From Trichoplax sp. H2 (Eukaryota): a DNA stretch of 58,829 nt. The DNA lies in NCBI GenBank assembly GCA_003344405.1, contig NOWV01000115.1, positions 186,001 through 244,829 on the forward strand, in the 5' to 3' direction. The first letter of the stretch is position 1, and the number at the start of each line of letters is the position of its first letter. Of this stretch, positions 13,143 through 25,451 are shown one piece after another. A program made the position numbers and the translations under genes. The notes under the pieces are model-generated. The model saw only the letters and a program-made list of their open reading frames with translations. It was not told the origin of the DNA and did no database searches.

Positions 13143-16100
13143 ATGCTTGCAAGTTCAGCCATGAGAAATACACTGCTATTCTTCTTTTTCGTTATTTTCT
13201 TATTGATTGTACCTTCACCGGCTTCTAATGTAACTAAATGCTTACAAACATGCCATTTGAAAGTAAACGATGATGAAATTGCCTATTTACGGTTTATTAA
13301 AACCATCAGTGATAGTGCAACTCGAGTAGTTTACTTTGATATATTACGAGATCGGTACTATAATGTCAACGCAACATTGTTTGCTTGGGTTCGAGATAAT
13401 GTTGGAGCACCAATTTTCTCTCTACCTATTGACTACATTGCAACATCTTTCAATTTACCGTTGGTATTTATTGATTATGTGCCAATCGAGTTTAACGAAT
13501 CTGCTCAAAGCTGCTATATACAGTCAAGCCAGTTCTGTCAAAAGATTATGATCATGTCTGCGTTAGCTAAAATGACTAGACTAGATAATCGATGTAACGG
13601 AACAAATTGTGGTAGCTTGTGCAGAAGACATTTTCATTTTCAAAACCGAGGCGACCTTGAAGACAATATATACTCATGCTGTCCTGAAGATAGCTTGGCA
13701 AAAGAAGTTGATTTGTTAAAATGCCTCGAACCAGATCAAATGAAACCATATATTCCCATTCTTAGTTCCTTTACTATCGTTTTGGGAGCTTTGATAAGCC
13801 TTAATGTTTTATCAGCTGCAACAAATCAAGTAATTAAATCACTAGGAAGGTAAGGCGCTGTACCTACATAAACTAATGACTGACATTCATTGTTACAGCT
13901 AGCAGTTCGCCTTCGTTAATTGCATTGCTAGCTAATGAATATTCCACGATCATACTTCTTTCGCGTCATATTGCAGATTTGCTCAATTTTATTAACTTAC
14001 ATTTAAGTTTAGTAGATTGCTGATCAATAGAATTACAAAACCTATTGATAAATTGATACTGTTACTAAATTTTTATTGAAGAAATAATGCATAGTAAAAA
14101 GCGCTGAGACTATACCGATATCTCACCGTTTCTGTCCTATGAAAGTCTAAATTGAAAGCTACTAGTGCTTCAGTCAGATTATTATTGCAACATGATGACG
14201 TAAGAAGTAAGGTTAATATTTAGAACACGCTAGTACCATTTGATGCTAGATAAACTTCAGCTTGATTTATGCGGCACATTAATAATTTGCATACATGAAA
14301 ACGCGAGTATAGTATTGAGTAAAAAATAGATATACGATCAAAGTAACTTAAACTAATAGTTTCTATATATTTCTTACTGAAATACGGGTTAAAAATTTCA
14401 TAATTACTATTAAACCATGCTGTTATAAGTAGTACATCTACAATTTTGTTACGGAAAGTAAATTTTAGTATGTTCTATATGGTACCTGATATTAAAAATT
14501 TACAATGATTTGCCCTCAATTTTTCTCACCTTGAAAGTAAAGTGTAGTACTAGTACCCATATACTGTATTTTTTGGCTAAATTAGCTTATTGATTAATCA
14601 ATCGATTAATACCTACATATTACTAATAGGGATACTTTTTAATCTTGAAATATTGAACATTTCGCTTAGTATACATAAATGTTTATTGCTAAATCGTAAT
14701 TATTATATCTACAATACTAACATCCTTTATTTTTGTAGTACAATGACAACCCGAAAGTATGATTCTGACAATGCTACGAATGATAATAGTGATTGTAACA
14801 CTCTAAGAAAGATTTATATATTGTCGCCATTAACCAGGCAAACCTATGTGCATAACTATTTCAAATATCTGGCGGAAGAAAGGCCGTCAGTGCTAAAAAT
14901 GCATTACATATACTATACAATTATTGGAATTACAGCCATCATGGGTGCTGGTTTATCTCTAACTATACAAACGTTGCCTTTACCTTTTGTTACAAGCCTT
15001 AGACTTGTGGTATCTGAAATACCATGGATAATCATCATTACTGCTATAAGTCTTGCTTTTTATTTGATAATCAGTATTTTTTTCATAAGAATATATTTAT
15101 CATGCATAAGACATCATAAAAACAGCAAACAATATCATTATAAATCGTGTCAAGTAAGATCTTTTTATCAATTTCCCATTTTAAATTACCTAGATATATG
15201 GCATCCAATTAAATTTATAAGCCAATTTATTCGAATACAGATATTTCAAGATAACTCATCATTAAGCATCATTAACGGTTCCAAGATTATTTATTTCATG
15301 TCCTTGGCCAATGGCTTCATAACAATCGCATCTCTTTCTATTTTATTGCAATGTATATTTCGAATGATCATCAGTGCGGCTGTCTTTATCATCGCCTATT
15401 CATTGCATTTTAGTAATATTATAACTATTACCATTCCGTTTATATACTATATCTACATAACGATTTATGGTTATAATAGTCATATAAGCAACCTATCTAA
15501 AGATATAGCAGCAGTTTTACCTAAAGTAGAGGATAAAGTGAAAACTATTTTGGAGGCTGATAAAGGTGAAATAGAAGTTTATTTCAAAGTCAATCAAGAT
15601 CCTACAGTTGTCGTTGCTCACACTGAGATAGAAATAGAAATGAATACGGCTCCAGAAAATACCGACGTTTCGGTATCATATAGTAGATTAAAGGATATAA
15701 GCCTTATTATCGATCTTCCAGAAATACTTATTGCACATGAAGAAGAAATCAAAAATATGCTATGCATAATATTCAATACTAAATGTGTTCAGTTTGGTAA
15801 AGGCATCTATAAAATTATATTTCATTACAATAAAAATGAAGGTGATACAATTCTGGTCGATTTGCCTTCTTGCAATGAACATTATTTGTATAGAGGCTGC
15901 TGTAAAGACTTAGAACAATTAACAAATGTAATTGAGGAATATCTTCGAGATAGGAAGATTTATCAGCTCAAAAAGAAGTTAGTTCAAGTTCACGATAGAA
16001 TTGGTAACATTGATGAAATTGAATGTGATACAATACCGGAAAGTTTATTTAACTGGATTCGTTACTGTTCACCAGTACTTTCCTGTAGCATTTGGACTGT

Positions 16101-16482
16101 AATATGGAAAATAATTATTTCATCTGGAATATATGCCGCTCTAATCTTAGCTATTCCAGGTTATTCGCAAGTTGATTCTTTAGCTGAATTTAATGCAGCT
16201 ATTAGTAAACTACCAGTTTCGCTAATAACCATCATTATTGCAGTAAAAAGCATTCAAGAATCTACAGTCGACGAGGAAGCGGCCAGAAAAATCCTTCTGT
16301 ATTATTTGATTCGATATAGAAGAGGCTATAAATTCTTTTATGAAGAAGGTCAAAAACTTGGAATATTTCGCCTTCTCATGAATTATATAAGATCGCTTTC
16401 ATCTTTTGGAAAATTTATGCAGCATAATTTGCAAAATATCCGGTTACCAAATGGTAGTCGTAATAATAATGATTGTTCCTAA
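13143..16482 (+). CDS. Uncharacterised multi-pass membrane protein, paralog B (~810-816 aa; exons 13143/13161..13849 and 14739..16482)
   Basis: Collinear homology to paralog A. Donor AG|GTAAG at 13850, TACTAAC branch point at ~14715 and TTTTGTAG acceptor at 14738 give an in-frame join. Confidence 0.85.
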
Positions 16483-18573
16483 TAAGATTTATCAAGCAGT
16501 TCAGTCTGTGAACTTTATTAACTTGCACCTAAAACGTCCAAAAATGGCGTTTAGTATAACATTCTGATTTGCGAAAAAATGGAAAAAATGTCTTCCTGAT
16601 ACAAGGACAGATAAATAGTTGAGAATTACTTTTGAAAATCACAGATTCATCCTATTACAAGATTGGGCATTTTGGTAATTTCAATAAAATTAAGACACCT
16701 ATTGAACATGTGATGAAGGTTAATTTTTAGAATTTTCCTTCAAGTTCTTATATAGTAATTATTCTAGCTTAGTTATTGTATCGTGATAAGTATTCTAGAA
16801 TTAAAAAAAAATATATCTTATTTGGTTAATTATAATGGGAGATTTTACTTAGTATCTTAGTATAATGTAAACCCGACTGCTTTATTCGGGTTAGAAGTTA
16901 AGATAATCCGTAGCATAATTTTTGTTAAGAATCAGATATTTTGATTTTGTAATTCAGGCAATATATTCAGTTAATAGAATATATGTGTGCTAATTTTGAT
17001 CATTAATTACAGTAGAAGTTAATGTTACTTTGTAATTTCATACAGTATGAACCCAAAACATTTGATCTGCGATTGTTATTTTGTCTTAGTGTATACTGCA
17101 GAAATGTACAGTTTCAAGCTAAACTGTACTTAGTATCAATTTTAGTAGTTTTCAGGAATCTAGGGTGCAATTTATCTTATCATGTGTATTTGATTGCTAA
17201 TTTGATTTGGAGTACTTTAGAATGATAGTGAGATAGTCTAACACCACCAATTGATCTGCGTAACATATAAAACGTGGCGTAGTGCGGTTATTGAGAGCAG
17301 TTGAAGTTAGAGAAGACGAAAAAAGTCTAGGATGATCGTGAGTTACCTCATTAATTGATAGTTTGGTAGGTTGAGGTAGTAGTTCTGCCCGTATTTTGTT
17401 ATCGATAGAAGCTTTTGCTAAGATTGTTGTTAAAGTAATAATAAAGTGGTGTTTTTCCCCTAATTTATTTTGTTTGGACTTCAATTGTTGGTAGTTTAAT
17501 TTTATATAGAATATTTTATTTTATTTTTAAATCCAATACTACTAATATTTGGTATGAGACCATCTACTCAAGCAGAAGTTTGAAAATTTTTAGATTAAAA
17601 TGTTTATCTTTGCATTCGAACTGTAGTGGACTCTTCTCAGCGATTAACATTCGTCATGGATTTGCATTAATGAAATGTGTACAGTACATTAAAGTCGTCT
17701 AGTATATGTGAAAATGGTACTATTCATTACTAAAATGCAGGTAGCTCACTTATAATAGTAATAATCAAAAACAAACTGTAATTCCCAGTTGTTTAGTAGA
17801 GCACGTTACCAAATTTAGTAAAGATATTTATATATGACTACCGGAAAAACTTACTAACTGATCTTTACTGTCGGATAAGGTCTTCTACTAGTATAATCGA
17901 AATAGTGATATTTACTAGCACTTAAGATAGTTATAAAATGAATAAATTGGGTTACCAACGCCAATATGCCAGAATTACTCTATAAAAAAATTAATACTCC
18001 TATACAGTTTCCGCTGATGTCTATCCATAATGTACCTGCTAAATCTTGATGCTTCATATAAGTGCAGGGTCTCGACCTCTAACTACGATATTGACCGTAA
18101 TAATGAGTCTACTCACTGAATTAATTAAGGGCTTTATTTGTGTAAACTAACCTTGATAGGGAATACGGTCTACTAAGGCTAGTGTTTCAATATCTTATTG
18201 GGATAATAATAATCGTATCCTTTATCAGCTATAATTAAATGTATATTATATGCGTAGAATTACAGTAATTCAATAGTAACTTTTACCACGTGATAATTCT
18301 CCTCTCCGCAGGTTATTATGGTCGCACTCTCCATGATCGATCAAGGTGAATAAATTACAATCCTGTTTATTCTGTAATTAAATTTTCCTTCCAAATTAAT
18401 GAGTATAGCTATCTTAAGAAGAGCTTGTAAGTACATCTCTTTATTTCTTGAATGATATTCGCTATTAATCGGATTTTGCTTAACTGCAAGGTGAAAACTT
18501 GTATCAATAATTAAACAGTTTTTCCTAATAACTCTGTTTATTAATCGTTATAGAATTTAGCTAGTTTACCAAA

Positions 18574-21500
18574 ATGGCGTCTTACCAAAGTGTACCATTA
18601 GATGTCCTTAAATCACAGTCATTAGTGGAATTTATTAAAGAAAAGACAAATGCTGCCAGTTTGCAAGTAAGTTACAGTCTGAAATTCTACTTTGAAAAAG
18701 ACTTTAAATGAAGTTGATCGATCAGTTAAATGAAAAACATTCAATAAAATTCACCAATAATAATTACATCATAGCTTTTAAAAAAATCAAAACTGTTACT
18801 TCTATAACATTGAATTAATCTTGTGTCCATTTGAAATTTATGTTTTCATTAATGCCGTACGTAAAATTTAAGAACGAAGATGATCCTTTCTACTTAGTGG
18901 ATATCAGCGATCTTATATGCAAGTACAAAACGGTGAGTAATCGTCATAAGCAGCTGCAAGCTCATCGTTCTTGTGTAAGAAACATTGCGGTTTATTTCTT
19001 TATATCTATCTATATAGTTCCATCTTGAAATGGTCTAGTTCAAGCTTTAATATAATTAGTAATAATGTCGGCAGTTCGAGTAGAGGAATAAAATGCTCTT
19101 AGCAAATAGTATTTCAATGGTACTTTCTAGTAGTTCCGAAAACTACAACACAGTGCCTTAAAGGACTATGTAGTTACTTATCATTGTAAAGAATTAAAGG
19201 TGTAATAGGCACCACAAAATAGCTTAAAAAAATGATGATAGATCAAACATTATTCCAATATTATTTTTAGAGTTGAACCATAAATGTACAGCATGTTATT
19301 GTCAGTCAAGTATTGAAAGTAGTCGCTCTAGAAACTATTCTATCAATGTTAGTATGCGTAATGTATTAAACACATTTTGTTGTATTAATTATTTATTAAA
19401 TCGTTCTTTTTAGATCTTTTCTTATATTCAAACATATTAGTAAACTATTCACTTAATGAGCAACGGTTTCTGTTATATTTTTACTTGATATGATGGTATC
19501 AATTTACTGGCTACCATTCTGTTCCTATTACGGTCTCTATTACTGGTTTTAGTGGATGTCTTTGCTACCTCGTATCAGGCCATTTTACGGTACATTTCCT
19601 TGATCTAGCGTTTTAAATTACAGCTGAGGGTTTGTAATTTAAGTAGCAATAATATCTACTGAAAGTTTGTCTTAGCGATTTTATATTTACTTTTGTAGCG
19701 ATGAAATGCAATCCGAATTTCCAAATGGTGGCAACTCTTTGCCGTTTAGGTGCTGGTTTGGACGTAGCAAGTGCAGTATGTTACGCTTGTATATATATAT
19801 ATATATAAGCTCTGATATATGTTAACGCCTTTAAAGTTAAGATTACATTTAAATCTTGTCAAATGTGATATTAAAAATAGGGAGAAATAGAGACTGCGGT
19901 AGCCTTGGGTCTCAAAGGCGAGGACGTCATCTATTCTAATACTTGCAAGGGGATTTCTCATTTGAAGTAAGTTTAAGATTAAAATGCTTCGCTTTACAGT
20001 AAGTAACCATAAATCGATTACCTATCAGGGTTATTGGCATTTACTTCTGATATATTATGCATTAGACAGTCTAAATGGAACTAACATTATATGTTCGCTT
20101 AAATTTAGGGTAGCTGCGAATGAAGGTATAACGCAGATGACATTTGACAGTGAAGAAGAACTGCATAGAATTAAGCGTATACTTCCCAATGCCCGGTAAA
20201 TGTTACTTATTTTCCTGGAAAATAAATTTATTGTTCCGTACATGACTTTAAGGACTAGTAATATTTACGCAGTTGAATTTATATAGACTGTTATTGCGGC
20301 TACTTGTGGATGACTCTGGCGCCCAGTGGAAGGTACAGCTTTGCGATAAAATGGCCATATATGCTTCTTTTGACTTTAGTCTAAATATCATTATTACGGC
20401 TCATATTAATACTAGCACGGAATAAATGCTGGAGCTCCTTTTAGCAGAGTATCTCACTTATTTAAAGTGGCCAAAAAGTTAGGCTTAAATTTAGTGGGAA
20501 CAAGGTAATGCTAAAATGGCAAGTGAAGAGACTTTATTATAGCCAATAAATTGGCTATAGCGCTGTATCAAATAGTAAATAGTAATAGATATACTATCAT
20601 AAATTGAAATGGAGAGAGAAGTCGAGATGTAAAATTGGTTATACAAATTTTAATATGAGATGAGATTTGATTTTACTCAACTTTCTATTCAACGTCTATG
20701 CTAACGCAATTCAAATTGTAACATTGCTGGTGGCTTTAATACAAGTTTTCATGTTGGTTCCGATTGCGGTGATCCTAGTGCATATTCTAAGGCAATAGAA
20801 AGGTGTAGAAAGGCTTTTGATATTGCGGTTAGTTTCAAATTTGTAGTAATATTAACTTTTATATAATTTAAATACTATAATTTTCGTTTTAATTCTCGAT
20901 GCTTAATCATAACAGAAAGGCTTAGGCATGGAACTCAGTATGTTAGATATCGGCGGTGGATATCCAGGACATGCAGATACATTATTTAAAAATGTAGGTG
21001 CTACTGTTAACACCTAATGATCTTGCACTTGCCTTATAAGTCTCGTTTCTTACTTCCAGATGTGTCAGTCTATAAATGAAGCAATAGATATCCATTTTCC
21101 ATCAGGCTGTGGAGTCAAAATAATTTCTGAGCCAGGTAACCTTTTAATCTTTCAGATTGGATGCACTACCGTTGATCCCATTGAATGTTGCTTAAGTCAG
21201 TTCTAGTATAAAAGATTCATAATTGAAATTATGAATTTAATTATGAAATTTAGGCAAGTACTTTGCGATGTCTTCTTCGATTCTATGTGCCAATATTATT
21301 GGTAAACGTCTAAGATACGAAGATGGCGATGTTCAAATCGAAGGTATTAAAGCCTTAGTAAACCAATTTATGATATTAGTCATCTAATACTTAATGGATT
21401 GAACAATATTGCTATAACTAACGACACATAGCTGATAACTCATTCTGAACTTAATTCTTTAATTTCAGGCAATCCAGATGATGCAAAAGACACTGTAAGG

Positions 21501-22202
21501 GTCTTATGTTGTGTTTACCGTTAGCTTAATTTTAAATCTTTCATATCTTTACGTTTCAGGAAGTTATGTATCACATTAGTGAAGGTATGGGAGGCTCTTT
21601 TCTTAGCGTAATTGCTACACATCAGCAGTATATCCCGAAAAAATTGTCGAATAACAACGAAAAATGCTACCGTAGCAGCCTTTGGGGGCCTTCATGTACT
21701 GCAACAGATTGCCTTTTAAGTGATTTTAATCTTCCAGAGGTAAAATTTAATTGAAGGAAATACTGATATAATTGATATTGCAAGTTTACATAACACGTTA
21801 CTACATTAAAAATACTTTACTCTGTTTCGCTGGGCAGATGGAAACTGGTGAATGGGTCTACTATGACGGTAAAAACAGCTAAACTAGTTCTTTATCCTTA
21901 ATAATATACGGTAAAAGCAATACCGGTGCTGAAATGAAATTGCTTTATTTAATAAAAGATTTAGGAGCATACACATCGAGTACCGCTACTAATTTTAATG
22001 GGTTCAAGAAGGCTAAGAGTAGCTATTTCATAAGTGAAGATTACTGGTACGACATATTTTTGCAAAAGCTGTAGAAAATTTGATTTCATCCTCTTTACAT
22101 GCAATCATATAGAGAAAATTCAAATTAATAAATTTTTAATTTATTTTCTATTGCGATAGGAATCAGTTCAAAAAAGAACTGTCGCCCATTTTCAATGTTT
22201 AA
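18574..22202 (+). CDS. Ornithine decarboxylase-like (fold-type III PLP) protein, copy 1, ~420 aa, 17 coding exons
   Basis: Spliced motifs PFYAMKCN (Lys codon 19704-19706), DVASAGE, MTFDSEEEL, SFHVGS, DIGGGYPG, SEPGKYF, WGPSCTATD, GAYT and FNGF. First exons are 18574..18666, 18873..18932, 19553..19589 and 19699..19775. Stop TAA at 22200-22202. Confidence 0.9.
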
Positions 22203-25200
22203 CGCATCGCATAACCATAACCTAAATTGTAGTAGAAACCGTAATCGCTATCTAGAGCACAGACTGTGCCTTGTTTGATATTTAGCAACATAATATCACT
22301 TTTTTAGGTTACATTAGCACCTACTTTAGTTCAATAATTTTAGTTTACGTGGTCTTGATAATCAAAAGGAGTCAGTGAAAGAAACTGAAATTCGAAAATC
22401 AACGTATAACATTAGTTTCCAATACTGAATCTACTACCAATCTTGAACATTGGAAGAATTTTCCAATCCCAAACCCATTTGATGCTACTCTCGTAATTAA
22501 ATTTTTACCCTGTCTGAACTAAAAATAAAAATTTCAAACAATCTATTTACTTTTATTTTTGTGTATTTATCACCGAAGTATGCAGCGTAATCATACAGCA
22601 TAGAGAATTGTCGCAGTCAGCCCCAATTATGTATAAATGTACTTTGATGACCACTTTTCAGTATTGCGGCGTAATGCATGAGTTATAAAAATTGGAATGA
22701 TCGATCAATGATTTGCTTACTAAGTAATATTTAAGGCTAAGATATCCAACTCTTATTATAAACTAGCATACACAGACCTTTTTAAATATTGTAATAAAAG
22801 CAGATTTTTATTTTAAGTTTGTAGGCCTAACTTTATTGTGGCGTAGTAAACTTATACAGAATAAGATATAGTTTGCCGTATTACAGTATTAAAATCATAA
22901 TCGCCATTTAGAATATAGATTGTGCCTCATTTGATATTTGGCCATACAATTTTTTTTCATAGGTTATACTAGTACCAGATAATGTTAGGGTTAGGGTTAA
23001 GCTTAGTAACTTTATTTGCCTGTTTTTGATAATTAAACGCAGTTCGTGAAAGGAATCTAAATTCGAAATCGACTTATAATATCAATTACTGACACTTTCA
23101 ACTACTGCAAATGTTGAATCTTTTAATAGATTTTGTAAATCTCAAGACAACTTTTATTCTTCAATCGTATATTAAATCCTTGCTCCGTTTCAAAGTTATC
23201 AGAAATAGTGATATTATCTTAGTAGACTATGAACTAACAATAAAAATTATGATATTGGAAATTTGTTTATGTTAGTGCTTTATATTTAGTACCATAGTGT
23301 GCACTGTAATAGCAGACCAGAGGGAATTGAAACATTAAGTCTCAATTATATATGCGTGCACGTTGACAACTTTGTTCCAGTAATGTGTTGTAGTAAATAA
23401 CTTAAAAATTTGGACTATTCAATATATGATTTGCTTATCACGTAATATTTGGCGAAAGTTATTACTTGCATGGACCGTGGTGTAACAGCATTACATTTTC
23501 ATTTATAAATAGGGCTAATGTGGTAAATCTTCAGTTGGTTTCAATTGGTGAGAAAGATCAAAATTCATTAACCCAATTTTAGTAGGGTATGCAGTATGTT
23601 GGAAATCTGAATTTCCAATATAGATTCCCATAGCTTTGAAATCAAAGTAATAGCTATGCAGGGTGTTTACTACAGTCTTTGTATTGACTAGCGGAATATT
23701 TATGGCATTGATAAATAGAAATTATAATACACTAAATGCGATTACGGTGCAAAAAAATGTATGGAAATGATTGCTTGTAAAAATAATCTATGTCCGTTTA
23801 TCCGGTTTATCTTAGTCGTTTTCGACAGATTATATGAGAGGTGAAAATTGAATTCACTCTCACGGACAGAAGGAATAATAAACGTAATTTTAAAACTACT
23901 CTCTCGGTTGTAACGGTTTATTGCATATCATATGGATTTGATCAACTTAAATAACTCAGATTAAGAGTTAGAGGTCGAGAACCGATAGTAATAGTAAGAG
24001 ATTATTACTAGGTCATTACAACCCTACTTAACCTATGCTATAATATTCCTTACGCTACTTAATACTTAATATGGCTCCTGCAAGTGAAAGACCCCTAACT
24101 AAGTATGATTGTCATAACTTACTCGAAGCCAATCATACCTAATTTACTGAGATTTGCTGATACCACTTACCGAAGCACCCTGTAGTCTCGCTTAATATTA
24201 CGACTAATATATCTAACATCATTTACTAACCATATGCGATGATTATAACACTTAATAGGGTGATTCTAACTCCGCTGGTCTACCATCTTATTTATTGCTA
24301 TTATGGCCTTACTATAACCGAGTTTCCTACATAGATTACCAGTATTTTTTAGCAATAAGGCAATACATTGCATTGCGAAATAATTATTAAAATCAAATAC
24401 AACATTAAACAATTTATCTGTAACAGAACTACTTTAAATTCGATCTTTAAGTAACTGCAATTGCTTCTAGTATACTAGTTTGCATGTAAACAGCGTAGAA
24501 TAATACTGTAAAAGCCATCTTACTTTCTTTCGAATTTTCTTGATTGCCTTAAAGCAGGTTATTACTGGAAGATTTCTATGAACTACTGTTTGGCAACACA
24601 ATATTATTACTCATGCCACATCATCACTCTTCTTTACAGTTAACATTGTATCCAAGTAAGATTTAATTCCTTCACTTCAGCCTGCAGTTTTCTGTGCTTC
24701 GTCACAAATTTCGCTCTCAGTAAATTCAACAACTTCCGATTATAATCCCAGTGATTCAGTATTTCTATCGGATGATACTAAGTATTCTAAAGGAAACCAT
24801 AATAAGACTCGTAATTTTATCGTCAAATTGCTCCGAATCAACGACAGCTGTTTTTTAAATTTATTATTTAAAGACAACAGGCGATTATACTATTTCATAG
24901 GGACAAATATTAATAGAGCGAGAAAAATATGTGATGACACCATTTAATCCTTTTTCTGCTGTGGACTAGACGAAAAGGATATAAAATGAAATTTGAACTT
25001 ATTAGAACGTCAAAGTATGTTGATCCAATATGAATTTTGATATCGATAAAAGAAAAATGCATTGAATTTGACGCTAAATTTATTAATAATTCATGCAAAT
25101 GCATATTTAATAAAGGTTGTGTCACGAAAAGTGCCCTACTGAAAGAGTAATTACTACTAAGCCAAGTAATTTTAAACTTTATGATAAGAGTAACGATGAT

Positions 25201-25451
25201 GATTCACGCTTAATTTAATTAAAGCTATAGAATTGTGTTTTATCAAACTTCTTTGCATTGGATTTATTCACCCAATTGGTATAGAATTTGTAAGTATTCG
25301 CTTTTCTTCTTTTCTCTCCAATACGTAATACTTTTCAATATTTTATTTAGTGATATTAAAAGAGTTATAACAATAATTACTGTAATTGAAAAATCCGTAC
25401 CTAATGCATGTTCGCGTAAATCGCATTGAAGGATCTAGTAAACTCAGCAAT

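Noticed and set aside
6359-13551. Two homologous 71-aa overlapping ORFs (6359..6574, 13336..13551) as a conserved dual-coding frame
   Set aside because: Both start at TTG and are shadows of the conserved main frame.
22984-23000. TTAGGGTTAGGGTTA telomere-like motif
   Set aside because: Only about 2.5 units, too short to call an interstitial telomeric repeat.
24515-24790. Coding-like minus-strand stretch ending at a GTAAG donor
   Set aside because: The frames I translated contain stops and have no recognisable motif; it could be a decayed exon but I cannot support that.
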